Part shown: positions 51,501-63,597 of the stretch, in pieces
Layout: the number at the start of each line of letters is the position of its first letter
Numbering within the stretch: the stretch's first letter is position 1
NCBI GenBank assembly: GCA_043228905.1
Contig: JBHGNT010000017.1
Coordinates: forward strand, 18,476,001 to 18,540,000
Direction: 5' to 3'
Length of the DNA stretch: 64,000 nucleotides
DNA from: Azolla caroliniana
Taxonomy: Eukaryota; Plantae; Polypodiophyta
Program-made: the position numbers and the translations under genes
Notes under the pieces: generated by a model
Databases searched by the model: none
Told to the model about the DNA's origin: nothing
What the model saw: only the letters and a program-made list of their open reading frames with translations

Positions 51501-53774
51501 AACAAAAGATAGATTTTTGAGAGACAATAGAATACTCAAGAAGATGTATACTACAAAGGAGACTGATCGACTTAATTACAAAGTAGGAGGAGAGTGCTTT
51601 ATATAGTCACTCTCTCTCTTCATTAACTACCGAAGCTCATGGCTCACGGGGAATGTGAAAACTCATTAGTTATGTGTCATAGAATATGATTCTATGACAC
51701 ATAGTTAATGTGTAGATAAGAGTGGTGACTTTTGACCTTTGAGTGCACACTCTCAAGGGTGTGTTCACACATTAGACTAGGTTCCAGTGCAAATGTTTCA
51801 TCATAATCAATTCCATGCATCTGGGTATATCCCTTTGCCACAAGTCTTGCTTTATGTCTACTAACATTTCCATTGGAATCATGCTTTGTCTTGTAGACCC
51901 ATTTGCAACCCACAACGTTTTTCCCTTTCGGTAACTTTACCAAATCCCATGTTCTGTTTTCAGTCAATGCATCTATTTCTTCTTGCATTGCATTTACCCA
52001 TTTCTTATCAGATTTTGCTTCATCAAAACTATTTGGATAAGGGATTTGTACTACTTTAGACATGTATGCATAATGCATAGCCATATATGTATGATAACCA
52101 AATCTTTCAATAGTATTTTTCTCTCTATCTAATCTTCTCAGTTTCAATCATTGCTTTTTCCATACCAGGGATGTTCCTTGAAGGAAACCCATGTTTTCCT
52201 TGAACAATCATCAATAAAGGTTACATAAAACTCACATCCACTAATTGATGCATTTTTTGTTGGTCCCCATACATCTGTATGTACCAAATCCAACAAATTT
52301 TTGCTTACATGTCTTTCATGAGGGAAAGGCAACCTATTTTGCTTTCCATATTGACATGCTTCACATATTTTGCATCTCATAGTCTTTTTACTTAGGCAGT
52401 CCATCCACTGCATTTTTCCTCAACATATTTTTCAAGGTTTGCATACTTATGTGACCGATTCTTTTATGCCACATTTCCACATCTGAGATTACACTCATTC
52501 CTTCTACAAACATGGTTGTAATCTTTTTAGGCATATCCACATCTAACACAAACATCCTTCCTTGTCCTTTTCCTTTTCCAATAAGCTTTCCCTGTTTCTC
52601 TATAAAGCATCCACTTTGCTTAAACTTAACTAACATTCCTTGCTCTACTATTTGTCCAACAGAAATAAGATTTTTTGCAAGGTTTGGAACATGCATCACA
52701 TTCAACATATACTTTGTTTTTCCTTTTTCTTCCCACAATAGGATATCTCCAACATGCTCGATTGTATGAGTGGTATTATCACTTATTTGTACATAACCAT
52801 GAATCTTTGGTTCTCTTAGACTTTCAAACCAGTTTGCATGTCCTATCATATGATTAGATGCCCCAAAATCTACATATCACATAAACTCTTCATTGCATCT
52901 CAGTGAACATTCAGCCATTGCTGCTGTTTCATGTTGCACCACAAATGCACCATCTTTATCACAGTCTTCATTAGTTGAAGCATAATTATTTTGTTGTCTC
53001 TTCCCTCTTTTTTCATCATTTTGCTTTTTATAGCATCCAGCTTGTGTATGGCTTGGTTTTCCACAATACCAACAACTATCATTATTCAAATAAGTTTGCT
53101 TACCTCTTCCTCGATTGCTCCCCTTGCCTCTGATGTTGTTTCTTCCACTTCTAGCCTGTTGTCCTCTTCCTTGATTGTTACGGTTGGTTCTAGCTGAACC
53201 AAATCTTCCATGGCCTCTTCCTCAGTCTCTTCCAGCACTATTGTAGAGGGCTTGCCCCTCAGACTAAGAGTTTCCTTTGTTTACATCATCCATATGATTT
53301 CTTTCTTCCACTACAAGCATTGAAACTAGATCTGGAAAACTTGGGATGCTATCCCTTGTGAAAATAGATGTTTTGAAGCTTTTATACTGAGGTCCTAAGC
53401 CTCTTAAGAATATTTCCACCTTATCGTCATCTTCTACCTTCACATTAATAGAAGCAAGTGATTCACATATGCTTTTTATTTTAAGAGCATACTCATTCAC
53501 TGACATCTTACCTTTTTCTAAGGTATGTAGCTTAGTCTTCAACTGAAGCTTTCTAGCCTTTGTGTTCACTGCAAACAGTTTTACCAAACTATCCCAAGCT
53601 TCTTTTGGAAGCATAGCATCCTATATGTATCCAAGTATCGAATCAGAGATGCGAAGTGAGAGCCAATGCAATACTTTCCTTGCCCCTTGATTCTATTCCT
53701 TAAATGCTTTAATCTGTGCAGCAGTTGCATTTTCTTCAGGGATCTCTGGAGCCTCTTCTAGGTCTCTTTCAATG

Positions 53775-56700
53775 TGTTAGGAAACAGGTCCCTCCGGATG
53801 GGAAGTGAGAAGACCCGGTGAGAACCGGATGAGGAGTACCCAGCAACGGAAGACCCTGTGAGAACCGGATGAGGAGTACCCGGAAACGGAAGACCCGGTG
53901 AGAACTGGATGAGGAGTACCCGGAAATGGAAGACCCGGTGAGAACTGGATGATGAGTGCCCGTCAAGCGCTGGATGATGCAGGCCTGGTGAGGAGTGCTC
54001 ACTGGATGAAGGGACATATTCGTAAATATGTTTTTTGAGAGTCCATCGGGGCTATATTTGTAAATAGCCGAAAATTCATTTTAGTATAAATATGACTTAG
54101 GGCAACTTAGTATGATAATGTTCTCATTCTTATTGGTGCAAGATTAGAGCGCAACAGTGTACAGAGAGAGAGAGAGAGAGAGAGAGAGGAAGAGGTCGTT
54201 GCCTCTGTTGTAACCGCCGCTTGTGGCGAAGATAACAAGCTTGAGGTCGTTGCCTCGGTGCTTTACCATTGTACATTGTTAATCAAGTTCCGGTATTTCG
54301 GAAGCTAGTAAGACTCTGGTACGAAGATGGCTCCAGCATGGCGGAGCACATGAATGCCTTCCAGGGGCTGATACACCAGGCAACATTGTTGGAAGTACCT
54401 CTCGCCGATGAGGTACTAGCGCTACTCCTGCTTGATTCCCTCCCAGATAGGTGGGAGACGTTGGTTGTCACTTTGGGCAACGCCGGGCCGGAAGGGAAAC
54501 GGTTATCCCTAGCAAGAGTGAAGTCGAGCTTGCTAGATGAGGAGGCGCGTCGGAAAGATAAGGATACGAGCTCCGACACCAAAGCGCTCCTTACCGAATC
54601 GGAACGCGGAAGACAAAGGAACCGTAGTCCCCAGAACTGAGAAAAGTCGGGGACACGGTCAAAGTCAAAGGGGAGGCCTACTTGCTTCTATTGCGGCAAG
54701 TTGGGACACTTCCAGAAGAACTGTCGGCATTTCCGAAAAGACAAGGAAACCGACGGTACCGATTCGAAGCGGACACCGGACCGGAACGGTAAAGACCGGA
54801 GGGGGCCGGACCGGAAGGGAATGACGGCAATCGCAGCAAGTGAAGAAGAGTTGATGCTCATCACCGAGGAGAGTCAACTAAACCTTGCCGGCGACGAGAT
54901 GACCTGGCTGGTCGACTCCGGAGCGTCGTTCCACCTTACCCCGGACCGGAAATGCTTCTCATCCTACTCAGCCGGTGATCATGGCTATGTCCGGATGGGG
55001 AATGAAGGTACATGCCGAATTGTCGGCATATGTACAAATTGGTGGAGTTGCCGAAAGGAAAGCGGGCACTCCGAAATAAGTGGGTGTACAAGTTGAAACC
55101 GGGAGATGCCGGCAACCCCCCGAGATACAAAGCCAGGATCGTGGTGAAGGGGTTCCAACAAAAGAAGAGCGTGGACTTCGACGATATATTTGCCCCGGTA
55201 GTAAAGATGACCTCCATCCGGATGGTGCTGAGTATAGTGGCAAGCATGGACCTCGAGGTAGAGTAGCTGGACGTGAAGACAACATTCCTTCACGGTGACC
55301 TCGAAGAGGAGATCTACATGCAGCAACCGGAAGGATTCGTGGAGAAAGGGAAGGAGAAACTCGTTTGCCGGTTGACGAAGAGCCTGTACGGACTGAAGCA
55401 GGCTCCTCGACAATGGTACCGGGAGTTTGACTCCTTCATGACCGATCAAGGGTACCACAAGACGCAGACCGATCACTGTGTGTTTGTGAAGAAGTTCGAA
55501 GGAGGCGACTTCCTGATACTCCTTCTGTACGTGGATGGCATGTTGATCGTCGGACGGGACCAAGCCAAAATACGGATGCTGAAGAGGGCTCTCAACCGGA
55601 CCTTCTCAATGAAAGACTTGGGCCCGGCAAGAATGATGCTTGGGATGCATATTATCCGGAACCGGTCAATGAAGCAATTGTGGCTGTCACAGGAGAAGTA
55701 CGTGATAAAGGTGCTTCAGCGGTTCAACATGTCAAATGCGAAACCGGTCGGATCGACACTTCCGGCAAACTGCAGGTTATCCGGTAAGCAAAACCCGAAG
55801 ACGAAAGCAGAGAAGGCGGATATGATGAAGGTTCCATATGCCTCTGCCGTCGGGAGCTTAATGTACGTAATGGTGTGTACCCGACCGGATATAGGATACG
55901 TAGTCGGAGTGGTGAGCCGGTTTATGAGCAATTCCGTCAAGGAGCACTGGAACGCGGTCAAATGGATACTCCGGTACTTAAAGGGCACTTCAAATATGTG
56001 TCTCCGATTTGGCTCCGGAAAAGCTCAACTTGACGGTTTTACCGATTCGGACATGTCAGCTAATGTGGATACCAGCCGGTCTACATCTGGGTATGTAATG
56101 ACATATGCAGGGGGAGATGTTTCGTGGCAGTTGAGGCTGTAGAAGACGGTTGCGTTGTCAACCACGGAGGCGGAGTACATGGCGGCTGTGGAAGCCAGCA
56201 AGGAAATATTATGGATGAAGGACTTAATCGGAGAGCTCGGTATCCGGCAAGATGAATACCGGCTCTACTGCGACAATCAAAGTGCCATCCACCTTGCTAA
56301 GAATGCGGCCTACCATTCCCGGACGAAGCATATCCAGCGTAGGTATCACTGGATTCGGGAAAGAGTAGATGATCAGGAGTTTGCGCTGACGAAGATCCAC
56401 ACGGCCGAGAACGGGTCAGATATGCTGACCAAAGTACTAACACCTGACAAGCTGGATGCATGTCGGAAGCGGGTCGGACTAGTAAGACATCCCATGCCGG
56501 AGTGAAGGGGGAGTTTGTTAGGAAACAGGTCCCTCTGGATGGGAAGTGAGAAGACCCGGTGAGAACCGGATGAGGAGTACCCGAAAACGGAAGACCCGGT
56601 GAGAACCAGATGAGGAGTACCCAGCAACGGAAGACCCGGTGAGAACCGGATGAGGAGTACCTAGAAACGGAAGACCCGGTGAGAACCGAATGATGAGTGC

Positions 56701-57196
56701 CCGGCAAGCGTCGGATGATGCAGGCCCGGTGAGGAGTGCTCACCGGATGAAGGGACATATTTGTAAATATGTTTTCTGAGAGTCCATTGGGGCTATATTT
56801 GTAAATAGCCGAAAAGTCATTTTAGTATAAATATGACTTAGGGAAAACTTAGTATGATAATGTTGTCATTCTTGTTGGCGCAAGATTAGAGCGCAATAGT
56901 GTACAGAGAGAGAGAGAGAAAGAAACGAAGAGTTCGTATCTCTGTTGTAACCGCCGCCTGTGGCGAAGACAGTGAACAAGAGGTCGTTGCCTTTGTGTTC
57001 ATCTATTGTATATTGTTTCATAGTGATAGTTAGCAGTCAGTGGACTGCCGTGGTTTTTCCCGTGTTTGGGTTTTCCACGTAAACATCCTGTGTACTCTTC
57101 TCTCCATTGTGTCGTGCATTCATTCCCGTTTTCGGTGTTTGATCCTAGGCTCGGTTGTGGCCGAGCGTTGTTCGTCGGGAGCGTGTATTCCTGTCA
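53775..57196 (+). mobile_element. Internally deleted Tork-like Copia B: truncated 5' LTR 53775-~54280, partial gag/PR, no integrase, RT-RH 55030-56505, PPT, 3' LTR 56516-57196
   Basis: LTRs TGTTAGGAAACAGG with ~39-bp tandem repeats; YKARIVVKGF, LYGLKQAPRQW, STTEAEY; PPT GAAGGGGGAG; the flanks do not form a TSD. Confidence 0.9.
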
Positions 57197-58879
57197 GTTT
57201 CACCTTTATGTGCACTAGTAGCTAATTAGCTAATAGCTACTATAGCTTATTTCTCAATAAGCATCACATACCTTTGTTGAGCTTGCTTCTCAACAAGCTG
57301 CCTCTACTGGATCACCCCATCCGGTGACCTTCCGGATCCGCCTCTCTGCGCGGTCCTCCTTCTTTAGCATCTTCCCGGAGAAGCTTTCAAGCACTACTGG
57401 CCAAGAACCGGTGTCAGTTCTGGAATCGGTGCCCTTCTCTCCACCTACCCGGATCCCTACCGATGTTGAGTAGTGAATAGCCTCAACGTTTTGGGCCACG
57501 ACTTGCTCTATTAATCTTTTCGTCCCCCCTAGACTGGTGTTCAACTCGAGGGGTTTCTGGGTCTCGCTTGCATGTACTCGGCCGTTCCACAGGTACACAA
57601 CATTGTTCTTAAGTGCGTTAGCAAAATTGGTGCACTCTCTTCGGATGTGATCGACAACATTGCACCACATGCACCTTTGGTCACTCGATGGGAGCCGGTC
57701 GCGCGATTGGCCCCCGTCGTCTCTTGGAGCCTGTGCAATCTGCAAATCGTGTACCATCTTCATCAGCTCCTCCAGCACTGCGCCATCAAATGGTGCCTCG
57801 ACCACGTTGATAAAAAATGGGCCTGACTCGGCCAAGCTGGAATCTCCTCTGACCTCTTCCCGGTAGTTGGGCCGGTTGTTGGCGTCCCCACGTGGTTCCA
57901 TTCACATCGTTTATCGAATTGGCTACAGACTTTTTGACCATGGCCCAATCGACCGTAAGCCTGTCATCTGTCTCTAGGAGGAGACTGACCTTCTTTCAAT
58001 CAACCGGATCGACCAACTTGATAAACAATAGGACCTTGCTCATATCGAGCACAGTCCGGGTCATCGCCGAGAGTTGCATGAATTGTTTCTCAAACTCTTG
58101 GAGGAGTGCCGATGTGTTCCTCCCTTTACCGAGGCTATCGACCCACTCTATCAGCTCCCTCTTCGATAGTCAGAGCCAGTCATTGAAGCCGTATCTTTCG
58201 AAGAGCCACTCCTCTAACTTCGGCCAACTTCAACATTCAAAATGCATCTCGAGCACCTCCGCGTGGATACTCGGTGTAACTACCCGAGGAAACGCGGACA
58301 ACCGTCTATTGTCTGGGACGTCTCTCATCAACATCTCGGCCATGAAGGTCTCCAGGTAGTTGGTGATTTCTTTCCCATTGAATCGGCCTGACGTGCCGTC
58401 TATTGTTTCTATGACCCTATTAAGGCCACTTACGCTCTCCCGAGCGTTCACCAGGCGGTCAACAACCACTGTCATTGCCTCTGCTAGCTTACTCCCCTGC
58501 ATCTTGAACTCTTTTTCTGCCCTTTTCACGTCGGTTTCACTAAAGATGTCGTGGAAATCCGCGTGAACGTGTCAGATGAGGCGGGACCACCCGGGACTTG
58601 AAATAATGAGCCTAAAGAGAACGAGATGGGTAGAGTCCATTCGGCATAGTAAGTTCTTCTTCGACTTCTTCGGCCGAGTCGAATTCAATTCCTTGTTTTG
58701 TCGGTTCCCCTTGTTCCTCAATCTGTTCTTGATTTTGCTAATTATCGATTCGGCCGATTGGTTCATATCCGATTTCGGTCGATTCGATCGACATTCGATT
58801 TGGCCGATCATCAACTTGGCTCGAATCGGTATATGAGGATCTATTTTCGATCTCCCAATCGGCTATCGTCTTCTCTTCC

Positions 58880-59440
58880 ATGAAGACGATATCTCGGCTC
58901 CTACTCACCTTCTTGTCGATTAGGTCCCATAGCCGATAGCCGAATTCATCTTCATCGTAGCCAAGAAATAGGCACGGTCAGCTTTTGGGATTGAGTTTCC
59001 CCCTCTGGTCCTTAGCATATGTACATAGGCCAAGTAGTCGAATACTCTTTGATGCCGATATGACACCTCTTTGCCGGACCATAACCTTTGTGGTATGTCA
59101 CCTTCCAGTGGAACCGAGGGAGACCTGTTTATCACATAAGTAGCTGTCATTAGCGCCTTCGCCTAGTAAATCTTCGGCAATTTCACATGTGCCGACATAC
59201 ATCGGAGACTCTCCATGATCATCTAGTTCATTCACTTAGCCATCCCATTCAGCCCTAGCGTCTTCAGCACTGGATACTCTAGTCAAATACCTTGGGTTCG
59301 GCAACACTCTTTGAATTGCCGTCAATATTCACCGCCATTGCATGTTCGGATCACTTTTAGTTTTCGACCGGTTTCTCTCTAGGCTCTCACTTGGAACTCC
59401 ATGAAAACACTTAGTACTTGATCCTTCATCTTCAGGACGT
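58880..59440 (-). mobile_element. Copia (Tork-like) integrase fragment
   Basis: TATYVINRSPSVPL.. (58920-59150) and DNGGEY-like sequence near 59330. Confidence 0.8.
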
Positions 59441-61183
59441 TGTCGCGGTATTCTGCGTGGATGCGTAGAATGGGACGAGACCATCGGGGTCTTGGACCAA
59501 GGAGTCGGTAAAGGGAGAAGGGTGGTTCGGTCAATGTCTGGATAGCTCCGTTGGATCGGTTTCCGGACGTGTATCCGATCCGGAAAGATTCGGGATCCCA
59601 ACAGGATAGCGTGCGGGCCTAAAGAAATGTACCGTTCCGGTCAGGATGCCGAACAATAGTGGTGAGCTCTCAAGCTCGCAGATTCGGACGCTCACACAAC
59701 AGAAATAGAACGGGAATGAGCACACAAGCACGGGGTGCAACAACACGCAACAAGTAGGAACAATGCGGAAATACCCAACAAAACACTAATGATTAGTAGA
59801 GAGTAAGAAAGGTATAACTGGGCACGGCCGAAAACAGGGCTAAACACTCTCTCAAGACACACACATACACACACACACACAGAGGGAAAACATAAGGATG
59901 AATCTCTGGTCGGGAGCTCACGGGCTTCTTGCTTGATTGGAGGCTTCACCTTCTTCTTCGAATCAGTACAGAGTACTCGATAGAAGCAGGGAGGGAGAGC
60001 TCGACACTCAATCTGACAGACAGCACCTCCTCCAAAACGTGGATCCCTCCAAATAGTCTCAAGGCTCCCTTTTATAGCACAAGGGGAGGCGGTTACATCA
60101 TGATTAGTGTCAGCCTTTTATACAAAGATTTTCCCCAATTTCCTCACATCAAATCCTCGTATTCTCTCTATCTGTGCGGGTCTTTAACGTTGTCATGTGG
60201 CGCGTGACACACGTGCCAAATGTCGCGATGTGCATGTCACACAGGCGCCAACAAGCACCGGGCCTCTATCCGCTAGTGGTTATGGAGGAGATGAATTAGC
60301 CGTTTTAGCTTTATTGTCTGGTTGTTCTTTGTTGTCAAAGACGCACCCGAACTAGAATCCGCAGTGCGGTGGATTGATGTGTAGGCGGCAGTAATGTGGT
60401 GGTATGCAACGTATAGCAAGCAACGACGATGGCCAAATGATCATTGTCGGTGCTATTTCCTTCTTGACGAGAATTCTAGAGATAGAGTGAATGATCACAC
60501 GAAATGAAATTGTCGTAGCCGAAGTGACGCACTAATGTGGCTGAGAGAAAGAGATGGGAATTAAGGAAGTGTTTAAGATAGATAGATAGATGCATGGAAA
60601 TTCCAATTCCGGGTTTGAACCCTTGACATCAATGTTGAGAAACAAGACAAGTCACCAATAAGATAAGTAGGTTTTTTAATATTAAGATGTTGATTCAATA
60701 CATAGCTTGATTGATGCATAGATTGATCGCCCCTTGTTTCTTTCTTATATAGATGCCCCCATGCATATGATGCATGTGAGGGTGTAAGACATGCATACAA
60801 TGCATGAGATGCGAGCAATGCATGATTGTCATTTGGTGCTCATGCATCGATGTGATGCATGATGACCATGTCCCTCATTCAAGCTCTAATGTATGAGCAT
60901 TTACATATGAAAAATACAATGATGAAAGTATAATAAGTAAGAACTTAGCCTAATGGTAAGTCAATTGTGTCTTAACTTGGAGGTGCAAGGTTCAAACCTT
61001 ACTTGCACACCTTGGTATGCATGAAAATGTTACTAGGCCTTAGGGGTTCTCATTTCATTTTTATTTACAACATGCTAACGTACGAGTGTAACCATCGCCC
61101 TATTCATTCGTGTGCACATTGCACCTTCTCAATTTTCTCTGTTCCACACGATTTTCACACCGTTGCCGAAAATCTTCACAACA
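59441..61183 (-). mobile_element. Solo LTR of the CpG-targeting Gypsy family, 1743 bp, TSD ACGT
   Basis: TGTCGCGG...ATCTTCACAACA; ACGT at 59437-59440 and 61184-61187. Confidence 0.88.
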
Positions 61184-61194
61184 ACGTACCCATT

Positions 61195-63520
61195 AAGTCC
61201 TACTCTCCACGGCTAGCTAGAACTGGTTGTACCCGGAGAATAAATCCCCAACCGAGTAGATTGACCTTTCTGCGAACGCCTTCACAAACTCGACAATGGT
61301 CGGGCCGATTCCTACATTCTAGATCATCACTTTGTTGATGGGTTGCAGGTCCTGTATAGAGCGCAACGTGTCGTTCTTTATTGGCATCGTAAACCACCAA
61401 TTTGAATAAGGAGCACCATCTCCACCTTCTGCTCCGTGTCTCTCGAGCATCCTTCGGAAGTCTACGATGACTTTGTACATTTCGAATGAACCGACCAGAA
61501 TAATCCAGTCTTCGCTTAGGTCCCCGCGAGTGTCGTCGAATGAGACCGCCTCCACGACGCACTTGATCTCGTCGTCGGAGCCTAAGGAGCCGTATGCCTT
61601 TAAGCGCCCTTTGACCCGCTTCCTCTCCCAACCACGGATGCCAGTTATGATACAACCTTCGTAAGCAGAGGGCCAAAATTTCCTACCTATAGTACAAGTG
61701 TGGGGTTTCTTCCGGCCGTTTGGACTACCGCGGCCCCACGCCTTGATAGTCCTTTCCAAAAATCCTTTCGGCCTTCGCCGCCGAGAAAATCCCGATTCCG
61801 CTTGTGGTTCGGTCGGACTGTTAAGAACTAAACGGAATGTTGGCCATCCTGACTCTTCACCCTAGTGTAGGCTGAACCGTTGTCCAGGACCTTTGTTTCT
61901 ATTCGGGTTGCCGTGATGTAGGGTTCGCCGAGGATAACTGGATGGGAGGATGTCTCCTGCACAAAGAAGTGTTGTTCAATCTCGAGATCCCCGACCTTCA
62001 CTTGGATGTTCGGGCATGCTCTGTTTAGCTCATCCGTGGCTCGGGTCGCCGCACGTATCTTACATCCGTGCTTTGTATTGATCGGCCACCGGCCCTTCTT
62101 GTAGAAGTCCATCGACATCGGGTTGATTTATGATCTGTGGTCAATCAATGCTACTACCGGCTCCTACACATCTCTGCTCCGCACCGAGGTCTTTGTCGTC
62201 ACTCTAGCCCAGTGTGGGTTCCTATAGTTGGCTATTTGGAAACTTCTCTTCCATCGCCACCTCTTCAAGGTGGGCCGCCTTTACTTCGACCAGCTTCTCT
62301 GGCTCCGGCTCCGATGAGAGCCGCTTCCTTTTTACCAGGTCCATGATGGAATCGTGGAATTCCTTCTTTGCGATTCCCCGCACCTCTCGTAACGAGAGCT
62401 CCACCTTGCTATCAAGGATCCGCTCTTCGAGGACCTTCTGCAAATCCGTTGTCCTCTGTATCTCTGAGCTCAACCGGAAGCTCGGAATCTTCACCTTCCC
62501 ATGTGGGCTGGTTGGGCCTTCGTCATTCTTTTTCGGCTCACTCCAGGTCTCATACCGGCCCCTCTAGCCTTTCGAGCTCGTTTGTCCGCAACCAGAACCT
62601 CATAGTTTTGGCACGCGGCTTCTACGCAGCTAGTTTTCTCTTCAACCGGATTTTCCCATCCGGTGCCTTCCTGGACTCGCCTCTCTGTGTGGTTCACCTC
62701 TTCCTTTCGTAGCCTCATCCCCGACATGCCTTCTAGTACGAATGGCCAGAATCCGGTATCGCATCCGGGTCCAGTGCCCTTCCCTCTGCTTACCTAGATC
62801 CCTGTCAACACCGAGTAGTGGATGGCCTTGGCGTTCCGGACAACGACTTCTTCCATTATCCTCTTCATGCCAACTCGTCCGATATTCAACTCGAGGGGTC
62901 TTCGCGTGTCGCACGTGCTTACCCGCCCGTTCCAGAGATACACAATATTGTTCTTGAGTGCTTCGGCAAAATCGGCGCACTCTTTTCGGATGTGGCTGAC
63001 GGCATCACACCACATGCATCGTTGGTCGACCGGAGGCCTCCGGTCATGTGACTGTCCCCCACCATCTCTCTGAGCTTGCACGATCTGGAGATGACGCACC
63101 ATCTTCATCAGCTCCTCCAGAGTTGTGCCCCCGAATGGGCCCCTAACCACGTCGGTCGGAACCGTGCCCGACTCGAGCCACCTTAGTGTCTCTTCCATCC
63201 ATGTTGGTATCGGTTCCTCTGGCTTCTTCCTGGCACACGGGCCGGTCGTCAACGACCCCGCATCATTCCATTCTCGCTGTTTGTCGAAACAGATATAGAC
63301 CCTCTTTACCACGGCCCAATTGATTTCGAGCCCTTCATTCATCTCCAATAGGAGTCCCACCATTTTGTCGGTTGAGTGGATCGTCCGACTTGATAAACAA
63401 TAGGACCTTGATCATGTTGAGCATGGTCCAGGTGGTCGACAGCCACTATCATCGCTTCGGCGAGTTCGCCTCCCCTCATTTTCGGACTCCTATGCCACCC
63501 CTTTCACGTCGGGTTCACTG
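61195..63520 (-). mobile_element. Third degenerate copy of the Trp-primed Gypsy internal region (PBS, gag, PR, start of RT)
   Basis: ORFs 62794-63363, 62222-62494, 61828-62118 and 61319-61759 are homologous to 14513-18428; PBS-Trp remnant at ~63503-63520. Confidence 0.9.
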
Positions 63521-63597
63521 GTTCGGCGGCAAGAAATAGCAAAAGAAACTGAAAGGAAAAAGACCAAGTTAGTAAAATCTCACTTTCAAAGAAGAAC

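Larger units (their letters stand above)
41104..51783 (-). mobile_element. Ty1/Copia C nested in Copia A RT: 3' LTR 41104-41276 + 47504-47729, 5' LTR 51410-51783, PBS-Met ~51398-51409
   Basis: LTR pair TGTAAAGAATC..; gag-PR-INT-RT ORF fragments 47756-51184. The outer end of the 5' LTR is clipped, so the TSD is not visible. Confidence 0.9.
39465..57295 (-). mobile_element. Ty1/Copia A: 3' LTR 39465-39860, PPT 39861-39869, RT/RH 39879-41103, pol/gag 51784-53774, 5' LTR remnant 57197-57295; TSD AGCCG/AGCTG
   Basis: Shared LTR end ..GAGCTTGCTTCTCAACA at 39860 and 57295; Copia motifs YVDDL, SSTEAEY, HTDVWGP. The RT reading DYDETFA..KMAT is split by Copia C. Confidence 0.85.
37165..58880 (-). mobile_element. 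Degenerate Trp-primed Gypsy (host of the right nest): gag 57296-58529, gag-end/PR 37165-37965, PBS ~58525-58542, partial 5' LTR from 58547
   Basis: Protein VEAAC (57290) continues as ACQNYEVLVEDK (37960), homologous to 16836-18428. The LTR's right boundary is approximate. Confidence 0.85.

Noticed and set aside
53807-53960. Regular ~39-bp repeats (also 56548-56700) that superficially resemble a CRISPR array
   Set aside because: No unique spacers, eukaryotic context, and the repeats lie inside paired Copia LTRs.
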